DNA of 7,330 nt from Paecilomyces variotii (taxonomy: Eukaryota), in assembly GCA_004022145.1 (NCBI GenBank), contig RCNU01000066.1; one strand, written 5' to 3'. This document shows, piece after piece, positions 1 to 6,580 of this stretch. Below the pieces are notes generated by a model. The model saw only the letters and a program-made list of their open reading frames with translations. It did no database searches and was not told the origin of the DNA. The number at the start of each line of letters is the position of its first letter. The first letter of the stretch is position 1. Made by a program: the position numbers and the translations under genes.

Positions 1-207
1 TTTAAGAAAAAGACCCTGCCCGCCTATTGCCTAAGGAGTTTAAAGATTATATTAATATTTTTTCTCTTAAAGAGGCTAAGTATCTGCTATTATATTATTT
101 TTATAACTATAATATTAAGTTATTAAAGGGGAAGTTACTCCCCTTTAAACCCTTATATACTATATTCTAGGATAAATTAAAGGTCTTGAAATAGAGTGGT
201 TACAGTA

Positions 208-262
208 AACCGAAAAAACCGAACCGAACCGAACCGAACCGCCTATAGTTCGGTTTGGTTCG
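208..262. repeat. left subterminal AACCG array with fold-back
   Basis: AACCG at 208-212 and five tandem copies at 217-241. Region 248-262 (GTTCGGTTTGGTTCG) is the reverse complement of 225-239 with one transition mismatch. Confidence 0.9.
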
Positions 263-564
263 CTTCCTAGTAAACCGCGGTGCGAGTCTACTAGAACTGA
301 ACCGAACCGGTAGTTTTTAGTTTAAACCATTTGAACCGTAATTTTAACCTCGTATTTAAATTACACTATATAATTTATCGATACTTATATCGGAGGTATA
401 AAATTACTATAGTATTTAGTATATATAATAAAAATATATTAGAAACCGGTAAATTACGGTATTATAATTTTCGCTTATTTATCCTAATATAGCTAGAGCA
501 TAGTTACATAACCGGATCTAACTTAGGTTAGTAACTAATTATGCCGATCCGGTTTTTTTAGTTT

Positions 565-675
565 TAAACCGAACTACCAGTATACGGTTCGGTTTAGGTA
601 CAGTTTATCTGCCCCGAACCGAAAACCGCTACGGGCGGTTTAACCCCCCCCCTAAACCGAACCGAACCGCCTATA
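565..675. repeat. right subterminal AACCG array and hairpins
   Basis: Perfect 10-bp stem TAAACCGAAC (565-574) / GTTCGGTTTA (587-596). 7-bp stem AAACCGC (623-629) / GCGGTTT (635-641). Three tandem AACCG at 655-669. Confidence 0.9.
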
Positions 676-697
676 TAACCACTCTATAGACTTGAAA

Positions 698-1260
698 AAA
701 TAAATTAAAAAAAACCTAAAAAAAGAATTTATTTGCTTAAGCTTATTGCCTATTATATTTCTAATTCTATTTATTAAAAAGCCTAGTAAAGAGATATAGA
801 TCTGCGTAGATTATTAAGCCCTAAATATAATAACTATTAAAAACTAATATTCTCTACCCTTAATTAAGAAGACCTTAAATAATCTAAAAGGAATAAAGTA
901 CTTTATAAAGATTAATATTATTTCTATATTTAATAACCTTTATATTAAGAAAAAATAAGAATATCTAACTACCTTCTATACTTAACTTAGCCTATTTAAA
1001 TTATTAATAATACTATTTAGCTTAATAAGAGTATTAGCGATATTTTAACAGTTTATTAATAATACCCTATAAGATTATCTTAATATCTTTTATATTGCAT
1101 ATTTTAATAATATTTTAATATATAGTATAACCTATTCTAAATATATCTAATATATTTATATTGTTTTATAAAAGCTGTATAAAATAAGCCTATATATAAA
1201 GATCTAGAAATGCGAGTTTATTATCTCTAAAATTAAGTTCTTAGGTATTATTATTAGCTA
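698..1260 (+). pseudogene. reverse transcriptase domain (degenerate)
   Basis: Frame +2 reads FIKKPSKEI*ICVDY*ALN..KN*YSLPLI (cf. FVKKPGGG.R.CVDYRALN..KNRYPLPLI). Catalytic YxDD appears as TAT TTT AAT AAT (YFNN, 1100-1111) followed by ILIYS. KCEF..IKFLG occurs near 1208-1246. Boundaries approximate. Confidence 0.93.
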
Positions 1261-1531
1261 AGACTATATTAAGATAAACTTAGATAAGGTAAAAACAATT
1301 ACTAAATAGAAGACCCCAACTTATATAATTAATATATAAGCTTTTATTAGGTTTAATAACTTTTATTATTAGTTTATTTATAACTTTTTTAAGATAATTA
1401 TATTGCTTATAAACTTAACCTAAAAAAGAGTTCTCTTTAATTAAATAATTACCTATTAGTCTAGTTTTAAAGCCCTAAAAGAAATATTTATTTAAGCCCT
1501 AATCTTAAAGCTATTTAACTAGACCTATAAG

Positions 1532-1900
1532 GTTATAGTTAAAACTGAATTATTTAACTATATATTAGCTAGAGTTATATCTTAATATAATAATAAAGGA
1601 ATCCTGCATTTTATTATATTTTTCTTAAAAAAGCTTTTTACTATAAAGTATAATTATAAGATTTATAATAAAGAGCTGCTAGTAATTATCTGCTGCTTTA
1701 AAGAATAGCACCCTAAGCTTAAAAGTATATTATTGCTAATTAAAGTTATTATAGACTACTATAATCTAGAATATTTTATATTAACTAAGCTGCTAAACTA
1801 GTAATAGGCCTATTAGTTTAAATTCCTATTCTAGTTTAACTTCTAAATTATATATTAACTTAAAAAATAAGAAATAAAGCCTAATACTTTAATTAGAAGG
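1532..1900 (+). pseudogene. RNase H domain (degenerate)
   Basis: Frame +2 reads VKTELFNY (cf. VETDxSDY), FFLKKL..NYKIYNKELLVII (cf. FFSKKL..NYEIYDKELLAII), IDYYNLEYF (cf. TDHxNLEYF) and KPNTLIRR (cf. KPDALTRR). Boundaries approximate. Confidence 0.9.
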
Positions 1901-2185
1901 TTAGAGAATCTCTTTAAAAAAAGGGATAAATAGTTATAGTATCAGAGCTAGATAGTTTTAAAAAAGGAGAACCTTAACCTATAGATTTAGAGATTCCTAA
2001 AACTAGAAGCTATTATTAGAAGTTAAATAGTAAGGTATATTTGCTTTACTAATCTAATAGCTTAAAAGGTTAGAAATCCTATTAAACCTATAGAAATATT
2101 TACTTAATCTGCTCTAAAAAATTAACTTATTTAGCCTAGAGAATTTATCTAGTCTACCTTATCGCCTAATTAGTTTATTAAAATT

Positions 2186-2269
2186 ATTTAACCTGCTAAG
2201 GAGATAATTTAGTCTACTAAAAAGACTATTTAGCTTATTAAAAAAGTAGCCTAGCCTATTAAATAAGAT
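2186..2269 (+). repeat. degenerate 21-bp (7-codon) tandem repeat x4 in the RNase H-integrase linker
   Basis: Units ATTTAACCTGCTAAGGAGATA, ATTTAGTCTACTAAAAAGACT, ATTTAGCTTATTAAAAAAGTA and GCCTAGCCTATTAAATAAGAT, all in the pol frame. Confidence 0.65.
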
Positions 2270-2461
2270 TAATTAAATTTCCTTACTATACCTAATAAAC
2301 TAAAATATTTGCCTAGTATTAAAGACTTACTAGATATAGCTTACTTATTTAATAACTTAATATAATCTATCCTGTAAGCCTTAGATTATAAAGCTAATTA
2401 TTATCCTAAAATTATACTAATTAACTATTAATAAAGAAGAAGATATTTATACTATAAAAAT

Positions 2462-3530
2462 TATCTATATATTCTTAATTATAATAAGCTAAAAGCCTGC
2501 CTATTATAAAAATACTATAATAAATATATACTTAAATACCCTAGAAAATATAAGCTTTATAACTTAATCTTATAAGAGTACTACTAGCTAAATATATACT
2601 AATATATAAATTATTAGACCCAGAATTACTATACTTATTATTATATTATACCCTTAAATAAAAGCCGCTAAGGAGTCTTATATTAGCTCTTTATCTCTAA
2701 ATATTCTTAGTAAGATATCTTAATAGATTTTATTACTAGACTTATGCCTTACTAAGATTATAATATTATATTAATTACTATAAACCGACTTATAAAGATA
2801 AGGTACTTTATTCTCTATTAAATTACTTATAATGCTAAAAGAATAATATAATTATATATCTACTATATATAGAAGCTTTATAGGCTATTAAAGACTATAA
2901 TATTTAATTAAAATCCCTAATTTATTATTGCTTTCTAGAAATATCTAACTTAATATTTAAATATTATAAACCTATTATTTATTACCTATTACTCTAAGAC
3001 TAATAATTAGATTAAAAGGATAAATATTATCTTAAAACAATATTTATGCGCCTATATTAGCTATTTATAAAATAATTAGGTTAATTAGCTACCTCTAGCT
3101 AAGTTTATATTAAACTCCTATTATTCTGAGACTATTAAAATATTGCCCTTTTTTACTAATTATAGGTTTTATCTATATATAAGATTTAAGCCTATCTAGC
3201 TTATAAACTAGCTTGTTATTAAAGATACTAAAGCTTTTATTAAAAAGATATAAGATATTATAGATTATATCTATATCTAGATTTATATTGCTTAAGCCTA
3301 TTATAAAGAGTAAACTAATTATTACTAAACCCTAGCTCGCTACTACTATATAAGATAATTTATTTAGTTAAATGCTTAAAATATCTATATTTAATGCCCC
3401 TAGAAGAAACTTAATTAGAAGAATCTTAGCCTATTCTATATTATTAAGGTTATTAGCCTATATGCTTACTAACTTAACTTACTTGCCTTAATATATATCT
3501 ATCCTATATTTAATATTAGCCTGCTTTGCC
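2462..3530 (+). pseudogene. integrase (HHCC zinc finger, DDE core, GPY/F module), degenerate
   Basis: HHCC region ~2510-2645 (de-RIP: YHD..GHPG..YYWP..CHTC). *DILIDFITR with D at 2726 (WQDISMDFITG). IIFN*NP*F with D site at 2906 (IVSDRGPQF). TNN*IKR with E site at 3014 (TDGQTER). KKLN*KNLSLF at ~3404-3436 (KKLDWKNLGPF), then IYPIFNISLL (IHPVFNVSLL). Confidence 0.92.
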
Positions 3531-3583
3531 TTATTACTAAAAACTCTATATTTAGATAAAAATAACCTTTACTACTGCCTGTT

Positions 3584-3790
3584 AAAGTTAATAGCCTTAA
3601 GAAATAAGTTATTAAAGATATCTTAGACTTCTAATAAGAATACTATAGATATAAAAGCCTCTAACTATAATATACTATTAAATAGTTAGGTTATAATAAC
3701 TTAATTAAAAAGCCCGCATATTATCTGTAATATACTTAAGAAATTATTATAAACTTCTATTACTACTACTTAAATAAGCTAAAGCTTAAA
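3584..3790 (+). pseudogene. C-terminal chromodomain of integrase (degenerate)
   Basis: Frame +2 reads KK*VIKDILDF (EEWxVEDILDS), YTIK*LGY (YxVKWxGY, W codon at 3683) and ..KKPAYYL..NFYYYYLNK (EEPA..L..DFHxxYPDK). This is the typical chromovirus CHD pattern. Confidence 0.82.
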
Positions 3791-3815
3791 AATAATCTTA
3801 ATAAAGCTTAACCTT

Positions 3816-3826
3816 AAAAAGGGAAG
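3816..3826 (+). other. polypurine tract (plus-strand primer) of copy A
   Basis: AAAAAGGGAAG ending 3 nt (TAC) before the LTR start at 3830, the canonical PPT position. Confidence 0.85.
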
Positions 3827-3829
3827 TAC

Positions 3830-4063
3830 TATTATAATACTAGCATAGGGGATTATATAAAGAATTATATAATCTTGCGAAGATATCTTTAGCATATAGC
3901 TTAATCTGAATTTAAGCTCCTTAAACTATATTTTATTTACTGAGCCTGCCTGTAATAACCCGTTTTAGTTTAAATTAGCTAAATAGAGATCCTATAACTA
4001 GTTCTAGTATTAACTACCTTATTCTATTTATTCTAACCTACTTCTTAAGCCCGCACCTTAACA
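3830..4063 (+). repeat. 3' LTR of copy A (234 bp)
   Basis: Aligns gap-free with 4923-5156 (offset 1093), 206/234 identical by hand count. Ends TA(RIP of TG)...CA and is preceded by the PPT. Confidence 0.96.
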
Positions 4064-4922
4064 GTATAATAAGATTAAAAAGTATAAAAAATAATATTTT
4101 TAAAAAAAGATTAAAAATGCTTATAAATAATAATAATAATCTTAAATATTAAAGTATTAATATAGACTATTAGAAATAGTTTTAATAAAAATAAAGATTT
4201 AATACTAATCTTAAAGATTATTATTACCTAAATAAGGGAGAAATTAAAGTATAGTCTTAGCTAAATAAACTAAATATAAGTATTAAAAAGATTAAAAAAG
4301 TCTTATAATAAATTAATTCTAAAAAGATTAACTTAATTTATAAATTATATATATAATTATTAGCTAATATAATTAATATAAAAAAAGATATATCTATAAA
4401 AAAACTAGAAAAGTATTAAAAATAGTTAGAAATATAAAGCTAATAATAATAAAGTAATAAAAAAAAATTATTTAAAGTAATAAACTATCTTTATAGAAGT
4501 TTACTTAAAAAAACTAAATAATTTATAAATAAAACCTTTAAAAATAAATAAGTAATAGAATCTTTTAGTAAAGCCTTAAGAATTAATATAAAGACCTTCT
4601 TTTTTATAATAAACCTAGAAAACCCCTTTATTAAAAAAAAAACTAAGCATTTAAAAAATATATAAAATGCTAAAATTATATAGTTTAAAGATAATTTAAA
4701 GGCTAAGTAAATATTAAATATATTTAATAATAGCTAAGTTAAAAAAAGAATAAAAAATCCTATTTTAAGAAATCTTAAAAATATAAAAGATAGAGATAAT
4801 ATAAAAGTTAAAAAAACCTTATCTAAAGACTTTTCTTTTAAAAAATCTCTAATATTAAAAATAGTTTAACTATTTAAAGATCTTAAGTTAATTAATATAA
4901 ATATTTCTAATAATATACTTAA
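4064..4922 (+). pseudogene. unidentified, extremely RIP-degraded coding-like relic between the two Gypsy copies
   Basis: 859 bp with strong A/purine skew on the + strand and almost no CpA/TpG/CpG. Frame +1 reads like a de-RIP-able acidic protein (AAA/AAT/TAA codons plausibly from GAA/GAT/CAA). No motif recognised. Confidence 0.35.
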
Positions 4923-5156
4923 TGTTATAGTATTAGCATAGGGGATTATATAAGGAGTTATATAATCTTGTAAAGATATCTTTAGCACATAGCTTAATCT
5001 AAATTTAAGCTTCTTAAGCTATATCTTATTTATTAAGCCTGCCTATAATAACCTATTCTAGTCTAAATTAGCTAAATAGAGATCTTATAGCTAGTCCTAG
5101 TATTAATTACCTTATTTTATTTATTTTAACCTGCTTCTTAAGCCCGCACTTTAATA
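4923..5156 (+). repeat. 5' LTR of copy B (234 bp)
   Basis: Starts TGTTA and ends TAATA (RIP of TAACA). Direct repeat of 3830-4063, followed by a PBS-position sequence and gag. Confidence 0.96.
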
Positions 5157-5167
5157 TTATATAACTC
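5157..5167 (+). other. putative primer-binding site, possibly self-priming type
   Basis: Immediately follows the LTR and lacks a TGG (or TAA/TAG RIP-derivative) tRNA-type start. TTATATAACTC is the exact reverse complement of GAGTTATATAA inside the LTR (4955-4965). Confidence 0.45.
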
Positions 5168-5181
5168 TTATCTAGGAATTA

Positions 5182-6580
5182 ATACTATTAATAATACTTA
5201 CTCTAATTCCCTTATTCCTACTAATAATTTTAGAAAAGTTTATTAAATATATTATTATTAGCTATAGGCTAGAATAATATAATTATTATTACCTAGTATA
5301 TAAATATATTAGTAAAGCTAAGATTATTATAAATAAGATAAATTATTAAGCTAAGATATATTTTTAAAAACTTTAGCAAAAATTTATTATTATTTAATAA
5401 AAACTTAAATAAGAAATTACTAAATTTAAGGCTATTTAATAATATTAAAAAACCTAGCTTTAAAAAAAAAGAATAGTAATATATTTAGGCTATTTTTAAA
5501 AGGGATTAAGCCCGCTATATAGTTATACCTATTATAAATATATCTCTATTTATACTTAAATCTAAGCTTAATATTAAGAGACCTATAGCTGCTTTAATAG
5601 AAGTATTTAAGGCACTTATTATTATATTTTTCTTCGCCTTTAAACTTTTAAAAAGACTTTTTAATCTAGATAAGTTTAAAGGCAATTAAAAAGATCTTTA
5701 ATATTTTATAGCCTAGATTTAAGAGAAAATAATAATTAATTAAGATTAATTTTTAATTTCTTAGAGTTATATAGCCTATATAATTAACTGCTTAAAAAAT
5801 GCGCCCTATACTTAAATATTATTATATATTAGAGATAGAACTTATATTCTTAGTAATTACTAAAAGATTTTAAATATCTTAGAGTATATATTTAATAACC
5901 TTAATTATATAAATAATATATATAGTAAATTATTTAACCTTTATTAAATTAATAAGAAATTTAAAATCTTTTTTATTAAGTTCTAGCGCCTAACGCTAGA
6001 AGGAGAAATACTTAAAAAAATATTATTTATCTTACTTAAGCAAACTATTAGTTAAGAATTTTAAAAAATATTATTATATAATTAGCCCCTAAATTATAAA
6101 TATTATTAATTTATTAAATTTCTATAAGATTTTAAGAATTATTACTGCTAATATATTATAAACTAGCCCCTTATTATAAAGACTTATACCGCTATTTTAA
6201 AACCTATTTAATATACTTAATTTTTTTTACCTGCTTTAAGTCTTACCCTAGCTATAAAATATAATAATTAGCCCTAGAAAAGCCTTATATAAAAAAGTAA
6301 ATTAGCCCTAATATAGCTATATAACTTAATAAACCTAAGCACTTCTAAATACCCAGGCAGAAGAGAATATAGCCTATTATATTATAAAACTAGCGCTTAC
6401 TTTTATTATAGCTTCTTAAAATATTATATTAAAGACTGCCTGTATTTAGATAACTACTAGAAAATTTAAATTATAGCTATATATAAACCTTATTCTTAAA
6501 CTCCCTAGGCAATCTAATTCTTAAACTTATATAGTCTATTTTTTAACTAGTTTTTAGCAAAAAAAGTAAGCCTAAAATAA
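5182..6580 (+). pseudogene. gag: gag pseudogene of copy B (retrotransposon Gag with CCHC zinc knuckle)
   Basis: Frame +2 from 5651 reads KRLFNLDKFKGN*KDL (ERLPDPDKFEGDRKDL), ..LEYIFNNLN (LE.AFGDPN), ..KF*RLTLE. Exact C-X2-C-X4-H-X4-C spacing at codons 6398/6407/6422/6437 (TAC/TAT/TAT/TGC). Stop TAA at 6578-6580. The start (ATA for ATG at 5182, frame +1) and a frameshift in the A9 run 5462-5470 are inferred. Confidence 0.85.

Larger units (their letters stand above)
192..686. mobile_element. non-autonomous hAT-like DNA transposon / MITE (495 bp TIR to TIR) inserted in Gypsy pol
   Basis: Perfect 11-bp TIRs TAGAGTGGTTA (192-202) and TAACCACTCTA (676-686), fitting the hAT YARNG terminus pattern. 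Many subterminal AACCG/CGGTT motifs at both ends and an AT-rich core with no ORF. Flanking direct repeat CTTGAAA. Removal restores the host reading frame. Superfamily assignment is inference. Confidence 0.85.
185..697. repeat. target-site duplication CTTGAAA (185-191 and 691-697) around the nested element
   Basis: Exact 7-bp direct repeat, or 8 bp with one mismatch (TCTTGAAA 184-191 vs ACTTGAAA 690-697). The right copy is separated from the TIR by TAGA (687-690). Confidence 0.8.
3..3817 (+). pseudogene. pol: pol polyprotein pseudogene of copy A (RT-RH-IN-CHD), interrupted at 192-697
   Basis: Frame +3 for 3-191 reads ..DPARLLPKEFKDYINIF..DKLKVLK. Frame +2 runs from 698 to a likely native stop at 3815-3817 with no net frameshift. 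Joining 191 to 698 restores a continuous frame (GTC TTG AAA|AAA TAA[W] ATT). Many RIP-derived stops. Confidence 0.93.
1..4063 (+). mobile_element. Ty3/Gypsy (chromovirus-type) LTR retrotransposon, copy A, 3' portion (begins upstream of window), RIP-inactivated
   Basis: Gypsy domain order RT-RNaseH-integrase-chromodomain, followed by a polypurine tract and a 234-bp LTR that is repeated at 4923-5156. Stops are TAA/TAG at positions expected to be W/Q/R codons, as RIP would produce. Confidence 0.96.

Noticed and set aside
208..310. CRISPR-like or iteron-like array from AACCG repeats
   Set aside because: The units are 5 bp with no unique spacers and no cas or rep gene. They sit inside TIRs as transposon subterminal motifs.
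623..641. Rho-independent terminator or Helitron 3' hairpin
   Set aside because: The context is eukaryotic with no upstream gene. The element is bounded by TIRs and a TSD, which Helitrons lack, and the hairpin is built from the same AACCG motif.
641..656. Telomere-like TAACCC/CCCTAA sequence
   Set aside because: This is a single C9 run flanked by TAA, not a tandem hexamer array.
1547..1549. GAA (Glu) at the expected RNase H catalytic Asp, a non-RIP transversion
   Set aside because: This is a single substitution in a dead copy, and no functional meaning can be supported.
4126..4140. (AAT)n microsatellite and similar TAA/TAT runs elsewhere
   Set aside because: These are short and are expected by-products of RIP on GAT/CAA-type codon runs.
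3830..5156. A 1.3-kb TRIM/mini LTR element (LTR-859 bp-LTR)
   Set aside because: The PPT lies outside, before the first LTR, and the PBS/gag lie outside, after the second. There is no matching TSD, so the LTRs belong to two different elements.
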